Below are positions 19,497 to 28,516 of a stretch of DNA of 38,701 bases, piece after piece (the stretch's first letter is position 1; every line of letters begins with the position of its first letter). This DNA is from Opitutales bacterium (GTDB taxonomy: Bacteria > Verrucomicrobiota > Verrucomicrobiia > Opitutales > JABSRG01), in the NCBI GenBank assembly GCA_049599475.1, contig JBMYOQ010000037.1:1-38701 (forward strand). Reading direction: 5' to 3'. A model generated the notes under the pieces. The model ran no database searches, was not told where the DNA came from, and saw nothing but the letters and a program-made list of their open reading frames with translations. The translations under genes were made by a program, and so were the position numbers.

Positions 19497-22340
19497 TTAA
19501 CCCCAAATGTCGTCTTCTTCCTCCTCGGCGGGCTTTGGTTTCTGCTTTGGTTCCTTCTTTTGAAGCTTTCCGAAAATCGATCCAGTTACCTTCTTCTTAG
19601 GCTCTGCCTTTTTCTTTGGTTCCGGAGTCGGTTTCGGCTCTTCTTTAGCGGAGGCTTTATTCTTTGTCGGAATCTTTACGACTTTTGAGCTGGAGCCAAA
19701 GGGTGACTTCGTGAATTTCGGGACCTTTTTGGCCTTTGGTTCGGGCGCTTTAGGTGCTTCCGGCTCTGGAGCTGGCTCGGATGCCTTCGGAGTCTCCTCC
19801 TCATCACCCCAAATAGAATCTTCCTCTTCGGTCGCCTGGGGAGCCGGTTGTGGGGCTTTCGCCTTGGGCTGCTCCTTCGCTTTCTTCGGTTCGGCCTTTT
19901 CTTTTTTAGCCTTAGCCTTAGGAGCAGACTCCTTTTGCGGAGCTGATTGAATGTAAGGTTCTAGGCTCGAACGTATAGCGTCAGCCATTAGAGATACCTC
20001 GGCCTCAGCCTCGGCGACTTCCTTTTGGAATACTGCTAATTCTGTTTCGTGAACGGAAAGTTCCTTTTGACCCTTATTCTGGATTTCGGCCAGTTCAGCC
20101 TCCAATTCAGCGATTTCGGCCTGCGCCTGATCCTCCTGAGCTAGCAGCTGATTCTCTTCCTTCGACTTTTCTGCCTGGCGAGCTATCAGAGCTTCCAACT
20201 CCTTGTTGCGCTTGTGCAGGCGCGTTTCGGTGTCCTCAATCAAACTAGACTTCCGAGACTCGTGATCTTTCTTTGCAGAGTCTGTTGCCGCAGTATGGAG
20301 ACCTTCTTCTTCCTTCAAGCGCGTTAGATTCTCTCCGATCTCCAATCGCGTCTTCTCTAGCTCGGATTTGATACTCGCAGCAGCTTCCGATCGTTCGCGC
20401 ATCGCGCTGTCGAGTTCGTCCTTAAGCTTCTGTGTCTGCTTAGCGACTTCATCTCGCGCGGAAGTGAGGTCAGTGTCGTAGGTGGACTGGATTTGAGCAA
20501 TCTGTTCCTCAAGCTGGTTATCGAGGTTTTCTTGGTCCTCAACGGCCTTTAAGGTCTTCTCGTCAAGTTCGCCCTTGGCTTTCTTACTGTCTGCCAAAAT
20601 TTTAGACTCTTCGGATTCCCGAGAGCGTAGCAACTCTCCAAGTCCCGTGACTGCTTCTTCGGATTTGGTGGTTGTCTGCTCGATCGCTTCGATATCGCGC
20701 TGAATCGATTCGGTGCGTTTCTCGATTTTTTCAGCGACCTGCATCCGAGCCTCTTCAGCTTTATCCGCTGATTTTGCCTGATCTTCAGACACGCGACCCA
20801 ATTCGGCTTGAGCGGCCTCACGCTCTTCCTGGATCTTCTTGAGCCTGCGCTCGAATTCTAAGCGAAGTTCCTCTTCCTCGAGATCCTTCTGAGCGATAAT
20901 TGCTGTCTGGTCTTGTTTTCTCTTTAGAAGATCCTGCTCAGATTCATTGAAAGACTCATCAATCGACTTGATTTCCGAAAGGCGTTCCTGCTCGAGGCGA
21001 TCTGTTTCTGCCTTTAATGCGGCGATCTTTCCATTTGCCTGAGCCGCCTGGGCGCGAAGTTCTGTCGTCTGTGTCTCAAGGCGAGAGCGGGCTTCTTGGG
21101 TCGCTTGAGCGGCCTTTTCCGCCGTCATCTCGAGCATCTTAGCTTTTTCAGTAAGCTCTGAAATTTCCTTCTCAGCCTTGTTCTCTGCCTCCTTTTTCTG
21201 AGCTTCAAACTTAGCGGCAATTTCAGATTTTTTAGATTCTAGCGCCTTCTCGAGTTCGCTCTTTTTCTTCTCAACCTCAGCGTCCTCGCTAGAGGGTAGG
21301 CCTTCGAGACCGAGTTTCGCTTCCTTGGCAGCTTTTTCAGCATTCTCAAGTTGAGTGCTGAGTTCCTCAGCTGACTTCCGGGCCAATGCTATTTTCGAGT
21401 TCGCGAATTCGTTCTTTTTCGCGAACTCATCTTCGATTTTCTGAACTTCCTGGCGGTGGCGTAGAGTCTCTTGCTCTAGCTTAGCCTTGAGCTGAGAATC
21501 GGAGATAGACTTAGCTTCCTCAGAAGCCTTGATTTCGAACTTCAAGCGACCCCGTTCGGCGGCTGCGATTTCGCGCTTTTGAGTAAGATCCTTTTGTGTC
21601 GCTGCCTTCTCGGCGATGACGTCTGTCCGCTTTTTGAGCTCTCCGTTCAGTTCATCGACCTTTTCTTGAACCGATTCAGCCATCTTGCGAAGATCCTCCT
21701 GCTTAGCCTTCAGAAGCATCATCGAGCGCTGTTTAGCGTCAATTAGAGCCTTCTGCTGGATGCGGAGTATCGCCTTTTGCTTCGGATCGATATCGAGAGA
21801 TTCGATGACATCGTCTTCAGAATCATTATCCTCAGTCCCCTCATTCAAATTGGAGAGGGCTTCTGCGGTAGATTTGGACTCGAAGGCGGAAAATTCTTTC
21901 TTAGGCGCTTCAACCTTCTCAGCTTTTTTCGCTGCAGGAGCTTCTGTCTTAGCTGGCTTTGTTTCCGTTTTTTGAGGCTCTTCCGCGTCGTCACGCCACT
22001 TGGACTCTGGTTGGCTCTCGATCTCTTCGCGCATACGATCGATGTACGAACGAACACGATCACCTTTGGCTCCAGAATCTGCGAGGACGGCAATCGTGAA
22101 TTGCTGTGCTTTCGCAACGAGCAATTGCATGTCTTCAAATTCGAGTTCGATGCCATCCGGTTCGAAAAGCGCTTGTGTCGTGGAGGTTTCAAGCTCGGAT
22201 ATCAGACCACCGAGGCGCTCGCATCTTTCTGGTTTGAAAGTTTCGTCGTAACGGGACAGGATGGGGTTGCCCGATGCATCGGATACTTGAACGCAGGTTA
22301 CAGAGGAATCGCCGGAGATCTCGTCAAGAAGGATCTTCAT
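19497..22340 (-). CDS. Large protein: N-terminal Roadblock/LC7-like domain, long coiled coil, Pro/Lys/Glu-rich disordered tail
   Basis: Residues ~1-110 show the Roadblock pattern (V..V.VSD.SG..I...helix...IELEFED..L.V......IAVLA...helix). Residues ~185-795 are E/K/A/L-rich and heptad-like. The tail has EEEDSIWG and terminal EEEDDIWG. Confidence 0.8.
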   Translation of the reverse strand: MKILLDEISGDSSVTCVQVSDASGNPILSRYDETFKPERCERLGGLISELETSTTQALFEPDGIELEFEDMQLLVAKAQQFTIAVLADSGAKGDRVRSYIDRMREEIESQPESKWRDDAEEPQKTETKPAKTEAPAAKKAEKVEAPKKEFSAFESKSTAEALSNLNEGTEDNDSEDDVIESLDIDPKQKAILRIQQKALIDAKQRSMMLLKAKQEDLRKMAESVQEKVDELNGELKKRTDVIAEKAATQKDLTQKREIAAAERGRLKFEIKASEEAKSISDSQLKAKLEQETLRHRQEVQKIEDEFAKKNEFANSKIALARKSAEELSTQLENAEKAAKEAKLGLEGLPSSEDAEVEKKKSELEKALESKKSEIAAKFEAQKKEAENKAEKEISELTEKAKMLEMTAEKAAQATQEARSRLETQTTELRAQAAQANGKIAALKAETDRLEQERLSEIKSIDESFNESEQDLLKRKQDQTAIIAQKDLEEEELRLEFERRLKKIQEEREAAQAELGRVSEDQAKSADKAEEARMQVAEKIEKRTESIQRDIEAIEQTTTKSEEAVTGLGELLRSRESEESKILADSKKAKGELDEKTLKAVEDQENLDNQLEEQIAQIQSTYDTDLTSARDEVAKQTQKLKDELDSAMRERSEAAASIKSELEKTRLEIGENLTRLKEEEGLHTAATDSAKKDHESRKSSLIEDTETRLHKRNKELEALIARQAEKSKEENQLLAQEDQAQAEIAELEAELAEIQNKGQKELSVHETELAVFQKEVAEAEAEVSLMADAIRSSLEPYIQSAPQKESAPKAKAKKEKAEPKKAKEQPKAKAPQPAPQATEEEDSIWGDEEETPKASEPAPEPEAPKAPEPKAKKVPKFTKSPFGSSSKVVKIPTKNKASAKEEPKPTPEPKKKAEPKKKVTGSIFGKLQKKEPKQKPKPAEEEEDDIWG

Positions 22341-22399
22341 GGTAGGTTAGGAGAGGTTGAGAGGACGCCCCAACTTGCGATTCGTGGGGCCTTTTCGTG

Positions 22400-22735
22400 C
22401 TATGATACCAGTTTCTTAAAATCAGCTAGCGACATTGATTTTTCGGCGATAGCGCCAATCTTCAAATCGGAGTTCTGGTAATAGAAAGCGTGGTAGTACC
22501 CTGAGGATACCTTTAAGCAACGGGTGCGCGAGCCATCGAACTCCGCGCCTATCGTGTCTGCAACACGGGAAATTTGCATGATCAAAAGCTCGACAAGTGT
22601 CTGAAGTTCGCCGTCTGATGCGATAGCAGAGCCCTTCGATGAGTGCACACGGTAAGATACCAAGCGACTATCGGCGCTCAGTTGTTTTCCGATCGATTTA
22701 AGGGTAGAAGATGATTTGAGAAGACTCGGAGACAT
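22400..22735 (-). CDS. Small Roadblock/LC7-like (MglB-like) protein, divergent
   Basis: Re-started at ATG 22735 (111 aa). Pattern: helix, LVSYRVHSSKGSAIAS, helix, RCLKVSS..YHAFYY...KIGAIA, helix. It lies co-oriented directly upstream of the Roadblock/coiled-coil gene. Confidence 0.55.
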   Translation of the reverse strand: MSPSLLKSSSTLKSIGKQLSADSRLVSYRVHSSKGSAIASDGELQTLVELLIMQISRVADTIGAEFDGSRTRCLKVSSGYYHAFYYQNSDLKIGAIAEKSMSLADFKKLVS

Positions 22736-22859
22736 TGGATCGGCGGGGTATGTTCGCGGTGTGGAGGAGGAGTATCGCAGTGTTGTTCGACTTTTTGCCA
22801 GTAAATTGTTTGCAAAGAAATCGAATCGATTCAATTGACTTGCGTTTGACTACGGCTTA

Positions 22860-24179
22860 ATGCCCTTGTCCTTTAGCGATATGGAGAGATCTGTCCTGAT
22901 TTTAGACGAAGACCAAGACTACTGTAATCTTCTTGAAGAGGTTTACTCACAGGCGGAATACGATGTGACCATCGGTGATTTGAAATCGGATATCGGAAAG
23001 GATTTGGCGCGGATAAAGCCCTCAATCGTAGTTATAGACTTTAAATTCGGTAATTATCGAGGCGTCGACCTAGTTCGAATTGTGCACAATCATTCGCCAG
23101 AAAGTAAGGTGATCGTAGCTTCCGCGCCGCTTCCAGAACAGACCATTCGGGGAATGATCATGGAAGAAATCGACGGATTGTTTACCAAGCCACTGAAGCC
23201 GATTTCATTCCTCAAACGTTCGTCAGAACTTCTCGTTGAGAAGAACGAACTGGCAGACGCACAGGTAGATGCGACCAATGTGCAGAGTGAATCGAATGCT
23301 GAGACATTCAAGGCGAACTCCATTCCTGGCCGATCCTTGGCTGCCAAGCGTTTTTTGGAAAAGCTCGTTCACGTCCGTGAATTCAAGTCGCGATTACTCT
23401 TGGTGGGCGATGAGGGTAGTCCGTTTCGCGCAGTTTCCAAGGATCTGATCGGTGCTTTGGGCAAAAACACAGAAGCGCTTTCTTACTTTGAAGCCTACGG
23501 GTTGAGTGTCGAAGCACTGGAAAGCCAGGCTCTTCAGTTGAAGAAGGAAGGATTCACACGTCTGACGGTCGCAATGTTGGATGGCGAAAAGCTTACCGAC
23601 GAAGATGTCCGCGTGATCCGCGAAATACAAGCACCTCAGGGCTACTCTGAGAAGTGGGCGTTTCCTATTCGTTTTGTTTTCTGTATCCGCACTGAGTTGG
23701 ACACCCTTTACGACCGGCAGGAGATATCGACGAGCGTTTACATGACCCTCGGTGCCACCGAATTGGTGATTCCATCGTTGAATGAATGTGCCGAGGATAT
23801 TCCTCAGATTGCGCAAAAGATGATTCGCGATTTTGTGACATCGAATGGCCTGGATACGATGCCGATACTAGAAGGTTCGGCTAAGGAATACCTCAGGAAT
23901 TATCCTTGGGAAAACGGTTTCGACGAGATGGAGGTACTGCTTCAGTCGGTGATCGTTAAAGGTAATCACACACGCATTACTGAGAAGCATTTTACCGAGG
24001 ACGCAACAGAATCGAATATAGAGGAAGAGGCGGTGTCACCCTTGAGAAAGCATCTAGTGACCCAGCGCGATGAATATATCCAGGCTGTTCTCAAAATGAG
24101 CGGAGGCGATATTGAAAAGGCTTCAGCTTCCCTCGGAATTGATATTGATGGAATTAAGCGCTTCTTGGCCCAGCACTAG
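22860..24179 (+). CDS. NtrC-like response regulator (REC + degenerate sigma-54-activator AAA+ + Fis-type HTH)
   Basis: REC VLILDED...VVID...TKP; IPSL.E..EDIP.IA and Y.W remnants; HTH GGDIEKASASLGID. Walker A is GDEGSPFR and there is no GAFTGA. Confidence 0.8.
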   Translation: MPLSFSDMERSVLILDEDQDYCNLLEEVYSQAEYDVTIGDLKSDIGKDLARIKPSIVVIDFKFGNYRGVDLVRIVHNHSPESKVIVASAPLPEQTIRGMIMEEIDGLFTKPLKPISFLKRSSELLVEKNELADAQVDATNVQSESNAETFKANSIPGRSLAAKRFLEKLVHVREFKSRLLLVGDEGSPFRAVSKDLIGALGKNTEALSYFEAYGLSVEALESQALQLKKEGFTRLTVAMLDGEKLTDEDVRVIREIQAPQGYSEKWAFPIRFVFCIRTELDTLYDRQEISTSVYMTLGATELVIPSLNECAEDIPQIAQKMIRDFVTSNGLDTMPILEGSAKEYLRNYPWENGFDEMEVLLQSVIVKGNHTRITEKHFTEDATESNIEEEAVSPLRKHLVTQRDEYIQAVLKMSGGDIEKASASLGIDIDGIKRFLAQH

Positions 24180-24182
24180 ATT

Positions 24183-25784
24183 TTATTTGCGCGGCGCCCA
24201 AAGATCCCGGGCCTTGATGGTCGATTTGTCAGTGATGACACCTTCGGCGGCACCTTCCTTTTGGTTCAGTAAATTACCGTCCGAATCCCAGTAGCGGATC
24301 TCCATGACGCGCTCTTTCGAAGGCCCCTTAAAATCTAGGGTGACAAAGTTGCGCTGTCCTGCTCGGTCTGGTTCACCATCGAAAATATCGTATCGGGCAT
24401 CATTCTCTTTATGACCTGCCCAGGAACCCGCGGTGAGCGGTGAGGAGGTGACTTCAAGAAGCGTGTGCGAACGATCAGGGATCCCGGCTTTTCCGGGCGT
24501 GCCGGGCATGCCGCCCCCGATATAGTCCAGGCGGTTTACTTCGCCGAAATGTACGTCGCCTGAAAGAAAGACGACGCCGGCAATTTTTTCATGCACGATA
24601 CGATCTATAAGATACTGCCATTCCTTTTTAAAGGCACGATAACCATGAGAGTTGCCCGAGTTGTTCAAAACCTGATTGCCTGTGCAGATTAAGTTGAAGC
24701 GGGCAGGGTAGCTCTTTGAATCTGTCCACATTTGACTCTGCGCCCAAATCAAGTGATCAACAAGCCAGTCCACCTGCTTGCGCCCTAGCATTGATTTCTC
24801 TTTACCGAACGCCTCGGGATCACCCGGGGCGGTTGAGAGGTAAAAGCGATTATCGAGCATAAAAATATTAACATCGCCCCAATTGTAGAATGTGAAAATT
24901 CCAGGAATTTCCCGAGTTCCGGAAGAAGGATTGGGCCACATTAGATCAAAAATTTCTTTGGCAGTATCCTTCAGCGTGAAGCTTGCGCCGATATCATTAG
25001 GGCCGTAATCGTGATCGTCCCAAGTGGCCAAATGTATGGAATTCGCAAATAGGGCACGGATCTCGGGAGTTTGCCGGTCATGGGTCCATCGATGAATCAT
25101 TCCGTTTCTAGACTCGAAATCGTATTCGCGGTAGTAGACGTTATCCCCGAGCCAAAGCATGAGGTCGGGATCTTTTTCGTAAATCGATTCAAAAATTCGA
25201 TAATCACCGCCATAGGGCTTGCCCGTCGCACGGTCGGTGCCTGGCTCGTTGATGTAGGCACAACTGCCCATTGCTAGTCGGAAATCAAAAAAGGAATGGC
25301 GCCCACCGTCTTCCGTTGGTTGAAATCGCCAGTTTGGCTTTACCTGAAAAGTCATGGGGATCTCTCCCGATTGTTTGTAGCCGTCGCGAAAGGGAACACT
25401 TTGCTTTTCGCCGTCTACAAACACAGAGAAACTGTATTTTCCACCCGGAACAAGGCCCTCAATAAGGAGGATTTCTTCAGCGAATCCCTTTTCACGCTTT
25501 GTAGTATAGCTGTCGCTTCGATAGGTCTGTTCCGATTCATCATCAGTGGATTTGTATTCAATCCACACTTCCGCAGAGGCGTCGGTCTGGACCCATATCA
25601 GTATATCATGCATCGTGCTAGCCCCGGGGATTGGACCATTGAGCAGCTTAGCGGCATGGGATGAAAAAGGCGCCATGCAGAACAACAGGGACATCAACAA
25701 TCGCTGAATCAAAGATGGGGAATTTTGTAGTTGCTGAGACATAAAATAGATTACCGTTCGAGGCATAGGCATTGGCTGTAACAT
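24183..25784 (-). CDS. phoD: PhoD-family alkaline phosphatase/phosphodiesterase
   Basis: MGSC, WLGDNVY, TWDDHD, LDNR and SGDVH; Sec-type signal (..SSHAA). The true start may be a downstream Met. Confidence 0.88.
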   Translation of the reverse strand: MLQPMPMPRTVIYFMSQQLQNSPSLIQRLLMSLLFCMAPFSSHAAKLLNGPIPGASTMHDILIWVQTDASAEVWIEYKSTDDESEQTYRSDSYTTKREKGFAEEILLIEGLVPGGKYSFSVFVDGEKQSVPFRDGYKQSGEIPMTFQVKPNWRFQPTEDGGRHSFFDFRLAMGSCAYINEPGTDRATGKPYGGDYRIFESIYEKDPDLMLWLGDNVYYREYDFESRNGMIHRWTHDRQTPEIRALFANSIHLATWDDHDYGPNDIGASFTLKDTAKEIFDLMWPNPSSGTREIPGIFTFYNWGDVNIFMLDNRFYLSTAPGDPEAFGKEKSMLGRKQVDWLVDHLIWAQSQMWTDSKSYPARFNLICTGNQVLNNSGNSHGYRAFKKEWQYLIDRIVHEKIAGVVFLSGDVHFGEVNRLDYIGGGMPGTPGKAGIPDRSHTLLEVTSSPLTAGSWAGHKENDARYDIFDGEPDRAGQRNFVTLDFKGPSKERVMEIRYWDSDGNLLNQKEGAAEGVITDKSTIKARDLWAPRK

Positions 25785-25940
25785 GTATCATACCGAGCCA
25801 AGTGATAAATTCCGTATCAACGCATTTTATACAAATCTGAGACGTATTTCATGTTTTGGTAACAAATTGCCGCATTGTAAATGTGAGGCTTTTATCGAAG
25901 AGTTGCCAATTCGCTCGAAATACTTCAAAGCCCAGGAGCG

Positions 25941-26816
25941 TTGCGAACTGACAATTCAGAAAAAAACGATGCTTCTGAGGCGAAGCCACTTATTGGTCCA
26001 TCTACGGGATGGTTGGACTCTAAAGTTTCGTCGGATTTTCTAGTCCATGACCGAATTCTCAGATCTGCGGGTGCAAGCGCTGCAGAAGTCGTTTGGAAGC
26101 CAGGATTTCGGAATAGGGCCTTTGCCACAGCAAAAATTTATGACGTAGATTACCTGTCTCTACATCTCAATTCATTTACGGGTTACGAGAACCCATTAAG
26201 CGTGCAGCAGTTGCATGTGGTCAGAGATATCCGAGAGATTATCGATTTGCATGAATTTAAAAACACGACCGCGCATCCCGATGCAATCCCGCCACATGTT
26301 TATGGTGTGCTCGCGGGAAATGGCATACCTGTCTCAATCGAGAATATGGATCGAATGAAACACTTTGGTAGGCTGCCGGAAGAAATCGAATCGATAATTC
26401 AGACACATCACGTAGGGGGCGTTCTCGATTTACATCATGCATACGAATTGAGCAAAGACATGGGGATGCCTTACTTAGAATGCGTTCAACGACTCTTTGA
26501 TGCTTTCGGGGGAGACGCGTACATTTCTCACATCCACTTGAGCGGCGAGCTCAATGACTCCGGTCAGCAGATCCACAACCATGCGCAAGTCACTCGTGCG
26601 AGTAATCGAGAGGAAATTCTAGGTGGCCTGAAGTGGGTGATAAATCATCTGAGCGAGCTACCGGCGATCATCCTCGAAGGAGATCCTTTGCCAGATGTCG
26701 GTGTTTCTAAACAAAATTCCGAACACCCATCAGCACTGCGCGAGGGTTTATCTGAGATTGCAGCGTCAAATATTTCAGCTGAGATACAGATGGTGACGAA
26801 GAGCATTACTGGCTGA
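25941..26816 (+). CDS. Xylose-isomerase/endonuclease-IV-like TIM-barrel metalloprotein, function unknown
   Basis: TTG start preceded by AGGAG; motifs SLH, HPD, IENMD, LDLHH, HIHLSG and IILE. Confidence 0.7.
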   Translation: MRTDNSEKNDASEAKPLIGPSTGWLDSKVSSDFLVHDRILRSAGASAAEVVWKPGFRNRAFATAKIYDVDYLSLHLNSFTGYENPLSVQQLHVVRDIREIIDLHEFKNTTAHPDAIPPHVYGVLAGNGIPVSIENMDRMKHFGRLPEEIESIIQTHHVGGVLDLHHAYELSKDMGMPYLECVQRLFDAFGGDAYISHIHLSGELNDSGQQIHNHAQVTRASNREEILGGLKWVINHLSELPAIILEGDPLPDVGVSKQNSEHPSALREGLSEIAASNISAEIQMVTKSITG

Positions 26817-26936
26817 GCATGATTATCCGGGATATGTAAATTTGCGCACAATAAACATTATGTCTAATTTGGGTTTCTGCGTTTCATCTCCTAACTTACC
26901 GGGAATGTTCGTCCATTTTGGGCACGATAAAACTAC

Positions 26937-27446
26937 TCATCTCTCTTTCACGATTCCTAGAAGCTCCTCAGGGACCGAATTGCCGTGCTCCTTCAGTGCT
27001 TCAATCATTCGTTGTGCGGTATCCGATACATTCCAGACATTCCCCTTTCGCGGGATAATCTCCTTCTCGTCTGCATCGATAAAACGCATCACCTGATAAT
27101 TCCACGCCCGCTCATTATATTGTTTGAGAATTTCTCGATCCTTTCCGCCTCGATTATTGAAAATCGCCAGAGGCACAAAGTTTTCTTCGATTGCTTTCAC
27201 GATGCGCGGTTCACTCAAAGTCTGCTGGCCATACTTTTGACATCCCGAGCATCCAGGGACTTCCTGAAACAAAATTAACACGGGTTTTCCTGATTCTTTT
27301 GAAAGATCTAATGCGGTTTCGTAATCGCGGGTCCATCGAACGTCTCCAAGTTCTTTATGTTTTGCCGCTTGCATGGTCTGGAAAATGCCTAATGTGCCCA
27401 GGAGACTTATCCAAAAGAAACTCATCGAAATAATTTTTTGCATCAT
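26937..27446 (-). CDS. Exported thioredoxin-like protein, Cys form of the VPGUxxT-like family
   Basis: W..DY..AL..SK..GKPVLILFQEVPGCSGC; N-terminal hydrophobic signal. The start is uncertain (27452 GTG, or ATG at 27446, 27443 or 27425). Confidence 0.8.
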   Translation of the reverse strand: MMQKIISMSFFWISLLGTLGIFQTMQAAKHKELGDVRWTRDYETALDLSKESGKPVLILFQEVPGCSGCQKYGQQTLSEPRIVKAIEENFVPLAIFNNRGGKDREILKQYNERAWNYQVMRFIDADEKEIIPRKGNVWNVSDTAQRMIEALKEHGNSVPEELLGIVKER

Positions 27447-27467
27447 ACTCACTTGAGGAACGAATTA

Positions 27468-28436
27468 ATGCCCTCATTCCAAAATTATAGAAAATTGAAT
27501 CGAATTCCCCTCGTCCTTCTCATCTCATCGTGTTTCTTCGGAAGCGTCTGTAAGGCCGACTTTTTAGAACGATTAGAGACGGAAAAACTTTGGGGTGTTT
27601 ACCAAATCCACGGCTATCCACCTCGGTTTCGCGCGGCTCTTTTGAAACAGATTGAACTTCTGGGTGCGACGCCGGACTTTGTAATGTTTTTTCGGGATCT
27701 TCCAAACCGACGAGGATTCCCTACTGAGTCGGCCGAATTCATTCGGAAGCAAGGATCCATTCCCGTCTTGAGCCTTGAGTTGCATCAATGGAGTCGCGGC
27801 GGGCGCGATCAAACCGATTGGCTGACCGCGATCATCGGGGGTGAGTTGGATGAAGATTTTCGCAAATGGGCTGTCGATGCCAAGGCCTTCGCCAGTCCCG
27901 TTTTACTACGTTTCGGTTTCGAAATGAATGGTGATTGGTTTTCCTGGGGAAACCAGCCCGAGAAATTTAAACAGGCCTGGCAGCGAATCCATAGCGTTGT
28001 AAAATCGGCGGGTGCCGATAATGTGTATTGGGTTTTCTCGCCTAATGTGGAGTGGGACAAAAATAAACCGAATAGCCGAATCAAACTCTACTACCCCGGC
28101 GATGATTATGTGGATATCGTATCTCTCGACGGATACAATTTTGGCGATCATTCTAAGCCGTGGCACTCGTGGCAGAGTTTTGATTCTGTCTTTAAGGAGA
28201 GTATCGATATCATCAGCCGCTACCCCAAACCCCTGATCCTCGGAGAGATTGGCTGTGCAGATGGACCCGGTAAAGCCAAGTGGATGAGCGACTTTTTGAA
28301 TAAATTCAAAGAAGATCCGCGATTGCGCGGTTTTATTTATTACAACTTTGCTGACGGTAAAAATGATGAGCCAAACTGGCGCTTGAATACAGACGATGCG
28401 ACTTTGAATACGTTCAGGGACTTTGTTGCCGATTGA
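27468..28436 (+). CDS. Glycoside hydrolase family 26 (beta-mannanase/glucanase-like), secreted
   Basis: Acid/base motif LRFGFEMNGDWF; YYPGDDYVDIVSLDGYN; nucleophile motif LILGEIG; signal peptide. ATG 27468 is preceded by GAGGA. Confidence 0.9.
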   Translation: MPSFQNYRKLNRIPLVLLISSCFFGSVCKADFLERLETEKLWGVYQIHGYPPRFRAALLKQIELLGATPDFVMFFRDLPNRRGFPTESAEFIRKQGSIPVLSLELHQWSRGGRDQTDWLTAIIGGELDEDFRKWAVDAKAFASPVLLRFGFEMNGDWFSWGNQPEKFKQAWQRIHSVVKSAGADNVYWVFSPNVEWDKNKPNSRIKLYYPGDDYVDIVSLDGYNFGDHSKPWHSWQSFDSVFKESIDIISRYPKPLILGEIGCADGPGKAKWMSDFLNKFKEDPRLRGFIYYNFADGKNDEPNWRLNTDDATLNTFRDFVAD

Positions 28437-28463
28437 GGTTTTGAGCCAAAATCGGGCACAAAT

Positions 28464-28483
28464 CATCGTGAAACGTTTACGCA
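28464..28483. promoter_or_regulatory. Putative LacI/GalR-family operator upstream of the sulfatase at 28517
   Basis: CATCGTGAAACGTTTACGCA, with a CG-centred palindromic core AAACGTTT; 19/20 identical to 34377-34396. Confidence 0.7.
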
Positions 28484-28516
28484 GCTAAGTGGTTACACTT
28501 TAGGTAATCACCCAGT

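Noticed and set aside
19497..22340. SMC or TolA assignment for the large coiled-coil protein
   Set aside because: There are no Walker A/B or hinge motifs for SMC, and no N-terminal TM anchor for TolA.
21777..22481. 234-aa plus-strand ORF
   Set aside because: It is antisense to the Roadblock/coiled-coil gene. Its F/L/R-rich composition is the expected shadow of an E/K-rich coding strand, and it has no motifs.
25783..26043. 86-aa plus-strand ORF in the phoD/TIM-barrel gap
   Set aside because: It overlaps both flanking genes and has no recognisable features.
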